Below are positions 13,901-24,456 of a stretch of DNA of 64,000 nucleotides, one piece after another (the stretch's first letter is position 1; every line of letters starts with the position of its first letter). The position numbers and the translations under genes are program-made. The notes below the pieces were generated by a model. The model was not told the DNA's origin, made no database searches, and saw nothing but the letters and a program-made list of their open reading frames with translations. This DNA comes from Blepharisma stoltei ATCC 30299 (taxonomy: Eukaryota > Protista > Ciliophora), in contig CBFDEM010000030.1 of assembly GCA_965603825.1 (NCBI GenBank), forward strand, positions 1 to 64,000, written 5' to 3'.

Positions 13901-15338
13901 CACTCTGAGTATTTTAAAAACTGTTGGGATTATGCTGGCTTTTGTTATGCTTTGCTGCATATTCATAAGAACCACAAAAAAATCTGCCTATAAGCCTAAA
14001 TCGATGGCAAGTGTCCACTTCAAAATATTCATCAACTATGTTCAGTTGATAGCGCTTACAACAACTTTTAATTTGTCGTGGCCAAATTATGTAAAGCAAT
14101 TGTTTGCGGTGCAAAACAATGCAAGCTTTGTAAGTGACCAAGTCTTTTCTTTTGACTGTCTTTTGTATTCCACTTACGACTTGAAAGGAGACAACGAAGT
14201 TTACTATCAAAAACTGTTTATTATGGCTGTGATCCCATTTGGCATCCCAATTATCGCAGGGTGCGTATGAATCTCGATATCCCTACTGAAAAGATCTTTC
14301 AACCTATTTAAGGACAATATGGCGACCACTTCAATTATCTCAATATTCTTAATGCACCCGAGCTTATTGAAGGCTTATTTTAGCTCATTCGATTGCAAAG
14401 AACTTGACTATGGAAAATATTGGCTTGCAGACGATTTAGATTTGAGATGCTGGAACAGCCAGCATATTTTCTATGTAACCGCTGTTTCTGTGCCAGCCAT
14501 CCTTCTGTGGGGTATAGGAGTCCCTACCCTATGCCTATTTTTACTATGGAAAAACAAAAAGATCTTGACAAATATTAATGTAAGAATTAAGTACGGATTT
14601 TTGTTCAATGGCTATAAAACAAGAAGCTACTATTGGGAATTCGTAATCATCTACCGGAAAATCCTTATTATTTGTTGCTCAGTATTTTTAGGCACCATTT
14701 CAGTTAATATTCAAGCTCTTACAGCTCTTTTTGTATTATTAGCTTGCTTATACATGCAATTAAAAATTCGGCCGTATAATGGAGATATTTTAAATAAACT
14801 TGAAGCAATCTCTATCACAGTCTCTGCAATTACGATTTATTGTGGGATGTACTATTTGACTGGAACCCTTGACTATTTTACTGAACTTCTTTTTTTCATT
14901 TTAATAGTTTCGGCCAATGTCTATTTTGTGGGTTACTGAATCCTCAAGGCAGGGCACGCCTGAATCCACTTGATAATTGAAAAAATTCCAATCCTTAAGA
15001 AAAAGTTCCATAAGTCGACTTATGATATAATTCATGATTCAGCTTTGCGAGAATCTTATAAAAGTGGTGGATTTGATATCCCAGATTCCCCCAATCGAAG
15101 TGTTTTGAATTCTAAGAATACTAATTTCCAAGCTCTCAACATTATGGATTTATTCTTAGGCTCTCTGAAAAAGCACAATGATCTGAATGGAGGAGGTGGA
15201 GCAAATATACATTCAAGCAATTCAGAGAGAAATAACCAAAATGATGAAAAATCAAATGGCAACCAAGTTATTCATTTGACTGAACAATTGCAGTCAAAAA
15301 ATTCAAGTGATTTTGCAGCTTTTATTAAAAGCTCATAA
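7964..15338 (+). CDS. ~2447-aa surface protein: signal peptide, LNR (Lin-12/Notch) repeat array, beta-helix (GGAI/FxxN) repeats, Cys-rich domain, multi-pass TRP_C-like membrane domain
   Basis: ATG 7964; introns 8057-8071 and 8301-8316. All downstream ORF fragments (8724, 9159, 10422, 10779, 13833, 14319, 14970) share one frame and are joined by 11 TGA=Trp codons (e.g. KGYW[TGA]RC). LNR motifs such as LGDGNCDSKCNVSSCNYDFGDC; C-terminal KYGFLFNGYK..YYWEFVIIYRK..RPY..LNKLE. Confidence 0.88.
8057..8071 (+). other. 15-nt spliceosomal intron
   Basis: GTAAATTTAATGTAG; removal deletes an in-frame TAG and joins the signal-peptide exon to the first LNR repeat. Confidence 0.85.
8301..8316 (+). other. 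16-nt spliceosomal intron
   Basis: GTAAGCTGTTATATAG; removal accounts for the frame change between ORF fragments 8102 and 8217. Confidence 0.85.
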
Positions 15339-15493
15339 AATAGCAGCTCTTTTTCCATAAATTTTTAGAAGTTCTTCAATCAGTTCTATTAGCTTTTTAA
15401 AATATAGCGGATGGCATTTTGTGAGCTTCTTAATAATAATTTATTATTTTTCTCCTTAGGTAGAAATCTTTCTTATCTGAACTTCATGATAAA

Positions 15494-16320
15494 ATGGTAG
15501 AAGAGTTCCGTCGAGAATTGGATGAAATGTTCGGTAAAGACCGCGACCTGCCTCGTTCAGAGCGTCTCAAAAAGCGTGACCATTTTGACGACAACGACGT
15601 TTGCAAGTATTTTCTCGTTGCTTTTTGTCCTCATGAGCTCTTCATCAACACACGCAATGATATCGGCAGATGTAAAAAACGCCATGACTCCTTTTTCAAG
15701 CAGCAATATCAAAACGACCCAAATAGGCTGTATTATCAAAAAAAATACGAGCAAGAATTATTAGGTAATCCTCAACTTTAGCTTTACTAGAACAGCTTGT
15801 AGCTTCAGTCGATGCTCGAATTCGTAGAAGCTTGGCTAGAATCGAAGCACCTCTCCCAGACGTAGAAAGCTCTATGGAAAATCAAGACAAAAAGAATTCT
15901 CTCAACGCCTTGATTGATAGACGAATGAGAGAGGCAGAACAGTTAGCTGAGGCTGGGAGGGTAAACGAAAGCGAACAATTGATCAAAGAAATCGAGCAGC
16001 TGAAAGAGCAAAAAGACGATCAAGAAGCCATGATTTGTGAAATTTGTGGAGCAATGCAGAGCGCGACTGATACAGAGAGAAGACAAGTTTCTCATTTAGA
16101 AGGGAAGCAGCACAAAGGGTTTGCTGCGATTAGGAAGTGTATTGAAGAACTGAGGGGACATAAAGATCTTTATAGGCATATCGACTTATCCAAGCCTCCA
16201 CAAAAGCCAAATCAAGATAAAGAAAGGAATGAAGAACGAAAGAATAAAGACGAAAATAGATATTACGAGAGAGATAACTATAATAGGCAAAGAGCGCGGC
16301 ATAGATCCAAATCTAAGTAA
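15494..16320 (+). CDS. LUC7: U1 snRNP-associated splicing factor LUC7
   Basis: LDEMFG..R, VCKYFLVAFCPHELFINTRNDIGRCKKRH zinc finger, second finger CEICGA..HLEGKQHKGF, RS-like tail. One intron at 15765-15781. Confidence 0.93.
15765..15781 (+). other. 17-nt spliceosomal intron
   Basis: GTAATCCTCAACTTTAG; a length of 2 mod 3 is required to join the two LUC7 frames, and splicing gives ELLALLEQLVASVDARIRR. Confidence 0.82.
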
Positions 16321-16452
16321 TCTTAAGCAATGAGTTTATAGGGCAAGTTTAGAGATTGATGAAAAGCTTTAATGAAATTATCATTATTCTTTTAGTCTAT
16401 TAAAAACATAGTCTATTTCGATAAATTATTAACAATCTAACTTCTCTCCGCA

Positions 16453-17784
16453 TTAATTGGCTTCATTTACTGCTGTTTCCAAAACCACATCTTCCTCATC
16501 AACAATACTCATTTCTTCATTTTCCTGGCTCTGTGATGCCTGCCTATTTCCCTGATTTCTATTCTCAGTTGTTACTAAGTGTTGTAAGCTTTCATACAAG
16601 CTCCCGTATTTCAAGTTTCTCTTGCACAAAGGGCACTTTGCTTTGCTTACAGCTCAAATATCAATGCATTTTACATGAAATACATGTCTGCAGCTAAGAA
16701 CTCTTACACGATCATTTCTTGCGAACTCTTCCAAGCACACTGCACAGGAATCCTGATTTCTGTGCAATTTTTTTCATTTCTGCGATGGGTACATTTTTTC
16801 CATGTCTTCACAGGTGATTTCATAGACTTGTTCTTCTTCATTATTTCTTCGATGTCGTGCACAAACACAAACTGTTACTGGAATGATAATGCACATGACA
16901 ATAAACGCAGCAATCGAGGTAAAAATAGCTCAAAATATTGACTTCTGGGTTGAGCTGCCTATAGAATGATCCTCGATGTTCACTTTAAAGCTGCAAGGAG
17001 TTGTGCTATTGCAGAAGGCAGAAAAGATCCAATCACTGTCTGTTGCATCGTTTATATAATACAGACCTTTAGAAAGTCCTGCTATGTAAATTTGATTGGA
17101 AGATGAAAACATGCTTGGCAAGATACTTTTGCTATCATAGCTCATGAAATAGAGGAGAAAATCACCTTGAGCTTCTTTTATCTCGATGCTAAAATAAGTC
17201 TTAGATCCTTTGATATCGATATCGAATGTTTTAAACTCTCAGCTGTTTCCATTTATTTCAATAAGATCTGAAAATGAATTTGTCTCAATTTTTGATGTCA
17301 AAACATTGCAATTATAGCCTCAATAATGAGATGCGCATTTGCAATTTCCTGATAAGCAGTGAGCGCCATTCGTTCCACTGCAAGCAGGTAAACATGCATT
17401 TATCTCTTTTGAATAGTATAATAAGCTATATTCAAAATTTAAATATTGAGAATATACTGCAAGGTATCATATGTCATTTAAAACCAAATTTTCTTTTGGA
17501 ACGATGATATAACTTGAGTTTAAGTTTCGGCTTCAAGAGTCAAAATCGTAATAATCCGCACTTCATTTGTATTCGCCAATCTCACTAAAATAAAAGCTTG
17601 GATTTGAGTTCCTCTTTGCCAGAAGCAGTACAGGAGAAAGCTTTGTTTTGTGTGAAAGATCAATGATCAAGTCATTTTGAACCATGGAAGTGTTGACAGT
17701 AAACTGCTGGTATATTATATTTGAAGTTTGGGAAATTGCGTGTGTTTGAGCCAAAATCGAAATAATAAGAACTTCTATTAGCAT
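16453..17784 (-). CDS. Signal peptide-EGF-transmembrane-RING-H2 E3 ubiquitin ligase (paralog A)
   Basis: Single 443-aa frame with TGA=Trp. EGF (CLPACSGTNGAHCLSGNCKC), TM (AIFTSIAAFIVMCIIIPVTVCVC), RING-H2 CAVCLEEF..LSCRHVFHVKCIDIW[TGA]..CPLCK; TAA at 16453-16455. Confidence 0.88.
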
Positions 17785-18121
17785 ATGTTTATCCTTATTA
17801 TCTCCAAATCAAATAAAATGGATATTTATATTCGAGAGTAAGTGCTTAATTAAAACAAGACTAATTCTATTATTATATTGCAAGAATTAAGTACTTTAAG
17901 GTGGTATTCAATTCATAAATAACTGACCTATAGAATCATTTTTATATTTTTTATTGTTAATTTTTAAGGATACTGATACTCTAAGGAATTATTCAAATCA
18001 GTTTAGAAAATTTATATATAAATTTATGTCCAATTAATTTTTAATATTAAAATGGATTTTTTCAGTGATTTCATTGACTCTGAAATTTAATAAGACACAG
18101 CAAAGCGCTTATGATTTTTAT

Positions 18122-18946
18122 TTACTCTTCACTTTGATTATATTTCTGAATAATTTCCCTTATAAGTACAACATTATCCAAGCCAATATCTTCTAATTCT
18201 TTTTTAAACTTCTCTATTCTTTCAAAATCTTCATCAAAATGTTCGAGCCAAAACTCTTTGATCTCTTCCAAAAGAACTAGCTTTTCCACCTGTCCAAAGC
18301 TTTCATATTCTAGCTTTTTTAATTTTTCATTTGCTTCTTTTTTTAAGTTTTGAATTGAATTTAGCCTCTCATTCTGCATTCTTATTGCTGCTTCTGCGTG
18401 CTTTCTCTTCTCAGTAATTTCGAGCAGCATTTCATTAATATCAATATCATCAACTCTTTTGCTGATTCTGCTTTCTTCTGGTATAAAAGGAAGCTTGGCC
18501 CTGGGTAAAACTTTACCTCGATTCATTCTTTCTCTAGTCCACTCTTGGACTTCGGGGTCGTCTTCATCGCTAAAATTGCCAATTCTCCCTAAATCTTCAT
18601 ATTCATCTCTTTCGCATTCTCTGATACTTTCAGTTAATTTTGTAATATCTGATCTCAGCTCATTTTCATAGCCAGAGCTTTTGAGATTTCTTGCAAATTC
18701 TTCTATTTTTTCAGGCGGGACTGCAATTTCGCTTTCAATGATTTCCATCGCTTCTTTATTAGACTTAGCTTGCTCCTCTTCTGATTTTTTCATTTCATCA
18801 AAATCATAAGCAGCAGATTGGATTGGCTGAGGAATTCATCGGTTTTGTTTTCGTTTGGTTGCTTGGTGCTTAATAATTACTTGGCTGTTTTCTTCTGTAA
18901 AATCTTCTATTTTTACTTTGCTTTTCTTGTGTTTTTTGTTAAACAT
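18122..18946 (-). CDS. Coiled-coil protein, possibly NTR2/GCFC2/PAXBP1-like spliceosome-disassembly factor
   Basis: Frame extends through a TGA to ATG 18946 (MFNKKHKKSKVK). EDDPEVQEWTRERMNRG resembles the acidic 'WEQEQIRKG' motif of GCFC2/PAXBP1. The ORF is solid; the family call is tentative. Confidence 0.55.
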
Positions 18947-18962
18947 AATTTATTAATATTTC

Positions 18963-20348
18963 TTAATTTATATCAATGATTTCTGTTTTGTCAGATTGCT
19001 CTTTCTGAAGAGGCTCAATTATAGGGGTTTCTTGGTTTGTATCGTGCTCATCGTTATCAATTGAACTAGCAAACGCTATACGTGGTACAATTTGCGGCTC
19101 AAGAAGGTTTTCTGCCTGATCAACTCTTTCAGACTCTTGAGCCTCTAGGTTTTCTTGGCTCAAATTCTTTTTACATAATGGACACTTTGCATTTGTTTGT
19201 GCCCATTCATCAATGCATTTCGTATGGAAAAAATGCTCACAGCTTAGCATTCTGACTCTTGCTTCAGCTTCGAAATCTTCTAAACAAATCGCACATGATT
19301 CTTTTTCTTTTCCAAGTGTGCTTCATTCTTTTTCAGGGAAGAGTTTTTCCATTTCTTCAGGAGTTAATGGATTAGCCCTTCTATCTGCAATTATCTGGGC
19401 CATTCTTATAGACCGATATCTGATTAGCGTTCGAATTGCAATTGGAATTAAAAAACAGACTAAGCAGACTGTGACAACGATTGCTACGACCAACCATATG
19501 TAGTTTTTACTTGAGTCTGAATACGTGCTTTCTTTTAAAGTAAACTTGCATGGGATTGACCCTCTACATAATACTGAGAAAGTTCACAGTAAATTTTCCC
19601 CATTTGGGAAATCATAAGAAATCGCAGTTTCATCGTCGCCAAACCACATTTGAAGTCAAGCATAGAACATGCTAGGGAGGTACTGATCTTCAGTGAATAA
19701 CTTAAAATAAAACCTTGGATCTCCACTGGGGTTTGATATTTTCAGAGTAAAATCTTTAGTATATGAGAGATTAAAATAAAAAAAAGCTCATGACCCAGCC
19801 ATGACTTCTAAATCCTCTCCAGTGTCATTCGCCATCAATCCCGTGAATGGAACGCCACAGTCATAGCCTGAATAAGGCCCGCTATCGCATTCGCACGACC
19901 CACTATTTGTGCATCGTCCATTGCTAGCAACGCATTGTGGCGTGCATTCATTACTTTGGCTTTGAGTTCATGAGATTGTATATGTAACGCCCATAACCTC
20001 TGAGTAAATTCCAATATGCAAAATATCATTCGAGTTAAGAGAACTGTTTGGCAGTTTTATGTAGCTGTTTGGCAAGTTTTGGCTTCAAGCTTCGAAATCA
20101 GAATACGACGCATTGACTTGATAATTATCAACTGTAGCATTAAAGCGAAATAGTGGATCCCAATTTTTGTTTATAAGTAGCAAAAGTGGGACTGATATAT
20201 CCTTTGATGACAGCTGTATAACAAGATTCCCACTACTATTTGGAGCGCGTTGTTTAGACAAATCTAGAAGGCATATTTCAATGCTTTCCCTCTGAGTTAT
20301 GACGCATTGCCCAGCTGCTAAGGTAAAAAGGACCAAAAATTCCAGCAT
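18963..20348 (-). CDS. Signal peptide-EGF-transmembrane-RING-H2 E3 ubiquitin ligase (paralog B)
   Basis: ATG 20348 (MLEFLVLFTLAAG), in frame via TGA=Trp with EGF (CTPQCVASNGRCTNSGSCEC), TM (IWLVVAIVVTVCLVCFLIPIAI) and RING-H2 CAICLEDF..LSCEHFFHTKCIDEW..CPLCK. Confidence 0.88.
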
Positions 20349-20615
20349 TAAAAATCGCAATAATTTTTATTATAAAGGAATGCTTCTTGAGTGAGAATAT
20401 TTCAGATAAATTAGAAGTACCTCTTCAGTATATTAAATTTAATCAAATTTAAGTTTAATCATAATTATATAGGTAGAAATAGCTGCTCACGCTGCGAGGC
20501 CGAACATAACTCCATAACATTAAATTAAGAAGATCACATCAAATAATAAAACCTGCTGATCAATAATGTTATTAGAAATTAACTAACATTCCGAATAATT
20601 GAATAGATATTTTAA

Positions 20616-21218
20616 TTACTGTGATTTATATACAGAATTAATTCTTGCACTTCTTTTTATTAATAAATCCCGATCACTCAATCCTTGCTTTATTTTTTGA
20701 TAATTATCTAGCGAGTACAGCTTTCTTGGTGGCATGTTTACTGATGCATCTTTCAGTATTTTTCTTCCATAATTTGTTTTTGCCAGCTCTTCAACCAACT
20801 CTTCTGGTATACTTGTAATGGAAATTCTAGGCTTCTTATACGATCTTTCATATTCGTTTAATTTTATAATGATATTTGCTTTATCAAGGTGCTCCCCTCT
20901 CCAAGTGATAGCAAGCTTTTCAAGAGGATGAGCATAAGGGACAGTCTCTTTATGTTCCTCATGGCTTGGCCTTCAAGTATTTAATTGCTCAATAGAATTT
21001 GTCATTCAGTTAAGTGATGGGAGATGCCTATCAAAGTCAATACTATAGGCAATACACCTTTCAATTCTTTTTCTAATATTTTGATTTGTGAGGTTTCCTT
21101 TGATCCCAGTTCTGGGTGTGTACATTGAGCCTGAAACTGCTAATTTCTTTAAGTTTGGTAAGGATTTTAGCCTTCTGAAAGTATATGGCTCTTTAAATTG
21201 GGTGTTTTGATAAAACAT
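20616..21218 (-). CDS. Hypothetical basic protein (200 aa)
   Basis: ORF fragments 21006-21218 and 20616-20798 are in one frame and joined through two TGA codons with no TAA/TAG; no recognisable domain. Confidence 0.7.
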
Positions 21219-22819
21219 TGTAAAGCATCCATTAGGCCATTGAAATCTATTTTTTTTAGAGTCAAAACTTAGAATTAAAGTGCATAAGTAATTAAAGTTT
21301 TATATTATTAGCATATTGAGTCGCTTAATTTTTTTTCTTCCAAACAGAAACTTATAACTTTTTTATTTTATTATAAGATTCGGTTCTGGTAAACATGGCT
21401 AAGGTTATAGAATTAAAGGGCAGATGGTTTTTGTCTCAGACTCCTAACATTAGGAAATGATATTTTCTAATAATCATTTCTCATGCATAATGGCGCATTT
21501 GCTCCCAAAGTTTTGGGATGTGCTTTTCCTGAGAATTTGTGAAGAGTTTGCAATTCGACGAAGGATTCTGCTTTGGAGTGGACCTTTCTAGCACTGAATC
21601 TAAGTTGAATTGGAGATGGAAATATAATCAATGATTAATCATGGAGACTGTATGAAGATTTTATAATTTTTTTTACTATGAATTATTTTTGCTGTTGCTG
21701 ATATAAATGATATTGGATGATGGTGCTGCTGCTGCTAATCTTTGATGCTGCTGATGTTGAAGGTTTGGTAAAAGCTATTGGAGAAAGCAAGAGAAATGCT
21801 GTTTAGTGTAACAGTAAAGTTTAATAGAATATGGAATGCATTTTCCAGAAGTATAATTAATGCAATTGCATATACCTACCACAAGCAGTGAATGCTTAAA
21901 CCCCTAGGGTTCCTGATGAATTCAAAATAAACACTTAAACTCGAAGTCATATTTTCCAGGTTTGCGATTTCACCGTGACAAGACCAAGGAAGTCCACTCT
22001 GGAGGGGAATCATATGAATCACCCAAGTGTAGTTTTGAAGGAGGTATTGGAAAGGCAACCTGGCAGCAAATGCGAATGCTATAGCTAATTAAGATTGAAT
22101 TAGAGTTTTTATGGATATATAATATGATTATAAGATCTCTCTGTAGACTGCGTGAATATAAACTACTTTATAGATCTTCATGAAAAAAATGAGATATTAA
22201 TTTTAAATAAAACAAAAATAAGGCCATTATTAGAAGCATATAAGCAAATTTATGAATCAGTTGAAGATTATTTTACGCTATTTAATTAATGAAGATTCCT
22301 GATATTAAGATATTATTTTAAAAATTATCAAGCCATGTCTTAAAAAGTATACTTAAGAGCACTCTAGATATGTTCTGTATTAAACTTGAAGACTAAAATC
22401 TATGCACATTTACTTTTATAAGCAATGCAGCATTTGAAAATAAATGATGAGATTAATTGAATCAAATTTCCTACTACTTAGCCCAAGCTATTGCTCGCAA
22501 AATAACTTACCTCTGTAATAAACAAAATTCAGCCAAATTCAGAGTTTGCGCGTATATTTCTAGCATACAAAATTTATTTTTGAGAAGTTTACTTATGCAG
22601 GCTATCTCTTATAAGAAGAAAAGCGAGAAAATATTGCAGAATATTAAGGGATTTCTCTGAAAAATAAAATGCATAAATTTACTGATAACAAAGAAACTTA
22701 AAAATCTAAAGGCACTTGCCTATAAAACTTCATAAATTATTCTTGAACAAAGAAAATAAGTAGAAGGAGACTTAATTTAAAATGTTTTTATGGATAATGT
22801 AAGTCTGTTGCAATATAAA

Positions 22820-24202
22820 ATGGAAGAAACATACGATGCGATTGTCTTAGGGACTGGGCTCACAGAATGTATCATTTCTGGCCTATTGTCAGCCCACGGC
22901 AAAAAAGTCTTGCATCTAGACAGGAACAACTTTTATGGGGGCGAAACAGCATCGCTAAACTTGACGAATCTTTACAGAGTCTTCTACCCAGGCACAGAAC
23001 CTCCAGCAGAGCTTGGAGCGAACAGGGAATGGAACGTCGACCTCATCCCTAAGTTCACAATGGCCAATGGCAAGCTCGTCAAGCTTATTCTTCATACCGA
23101 GACTGTGGCAAACAACTTAGAATGGAAATGTGTTGACGGCTCTTATGTCATGCAAGTTTCAGCTGGTGGTGTCTTTTCAAAAGCAAAAGCTAAGGTTCAC
23201 AAAGTCCCTGCAACAGATTCAGAAGCCCTCAAAAGCGATTTGATGGGACTTTTTGAAAAGAGAAGATGCAAGAAATTCTTCAAGTTCGTCCAAAATTACG
23301 AGCCAAATGACCCAGCGACTCACAAGAACATGAATTTGCAGAGACAGCCAGGAAGAGAACTTTTTGCTGCCTTTGGATTGGAAGATAATACCATTGACTT
23401 TATTGGGCATGCAGTCGCTCTCTATACAAGTGACGCCTTCTTGGATCAGCCAAGTCACGATTTGATTATGAAAGCTAAGCTCTATATGGACAGCATTGGG
23501 CTCTATGGAAATTCTCCTTTCTTGTACCCAGTCTATGGCATTGGTGGGATTGCTGAAGGGTTTTCTAGGCTTTCTGCTATTTATGGAGGAACTTATATGC
23601 TTAACAAGCCTATTGATGAAATTCTGTTTGGAGAAGACGGAAAGGTCTGTGGAGTGAGAGCTGAAGGAGAAGTAGCGAGAGCGCCATTGATTCTGTGTGA
23701 CCCTTCATACGTTCTTAGCTTGGACAAAGCAAGATCAACTGGCAGAGTCATCAGAGCTATCTGCATCCTCAACCACCCAGTTCCAAATAGTGACAACGCC
23801 CCATCAGGCCAAATTATAATCCCGCAAAGACAAGTAGGAAGACGCAACGATATTTATGTTTCATTCATGTCAAGCTCCCACTGTGTATGCTCTGAAGGGT
23901 ACTACATTGCGATTTGCAGCACAAGTGTAGAGACTGATGCCCCAGAGGCAGAATTACAGCCTGCTTATCAGCTGATTGGAGACGTGCTTGTGTCTTTTAT
24001 CAAGGTTTATGACACTTTTGAGCCAACTGAAGATGGTAGAGCTGACAATCTTTTTGTGAGCAAATCTTATGATGCGACCTCTCACTTCGAAAGCGCTTGT
24101 GACGATGTGCTGAATCTTTGGGAAAGAATGATGGGAGAGCCTATTAATTTGGAGACCACTCTCAGACCTCAAGTCGCCCAGCAGCCACCAGCAGATAGTT
24201 AA
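22820..24202 (+). CDS. GDI1: Rab GDP-dissociation inhibitor
   Basis: MEETYDAIVLGTGLTECIISGLLS..GKKVLHLDRNNFYGGETASL, WNVDLIPKF, SPFLYPVYG, YDATSHFE. Start set at 22820 by homology rather than the upstream ATG at 22790. Confidence 0.96.
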   Translation: MEETYDAIVLGTGLTECIISGLLSAHGKKVLHLDRNNFYGGETASLNLTNLYRVFYPGTEPPAELGANREWNVDLIPKFTMANGKLVKLILHTETVANNLEWKCVDGSYVMQVSAGGVFSKAKAKVHKVPATDSEALKSDLMGLFEKRRCKKFFKFVQNYEPNDPATHKNMNLQRQPGRELFAAFGLEDNTIDFIGHAVALYTSDAFLDQPSHDLIMKAKLYMDSIGLYGNSPFLYPVYGIGGIAEGFSRLSAIYGGTYMLNKPIDEILFGEDGKVCGVRAEGEVARAPLILCDPSYVLSLDKARSTGRVIRAICILNHPVPNSDNAPSGQIIIPQRQVGRRNDIYVSFMSSSHCVCSEGYYIAICSTSVETDAPEAELQPAYQLIGDVLVSFIKVYDTFEPTEDGRADNLFVSKSYDATSHFESACDDVLNLWERMMGEPINLETTLRPQVAQQPPADS

Positions 24203-24456
24203 ACATTTCTTAATGCATAATTGCAGATTGATAAAAAATTTCTTAAAAGGAAAATAATTGATATCTCTCATGAAGATTATTTAGCATTACTATTTATGAT
24301 GAAATCATACAGGTATATCATTTTTATTTCTTAAATATATAAATTAAATCTTAAGATAATGATTAAGATTAAATTTTCAAACAAACTTTATATTAAACTT
24401 AGCATAATAGTCCCAATAGAATGAAAATCAATATTACTCATAAAAAATTTCAATCT

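Noticed and set aside
20480-20510. GC-rich intergenic patch as an ncRNA
   Set aside because: No recognisable boxes or stable structure could be supported by eye.
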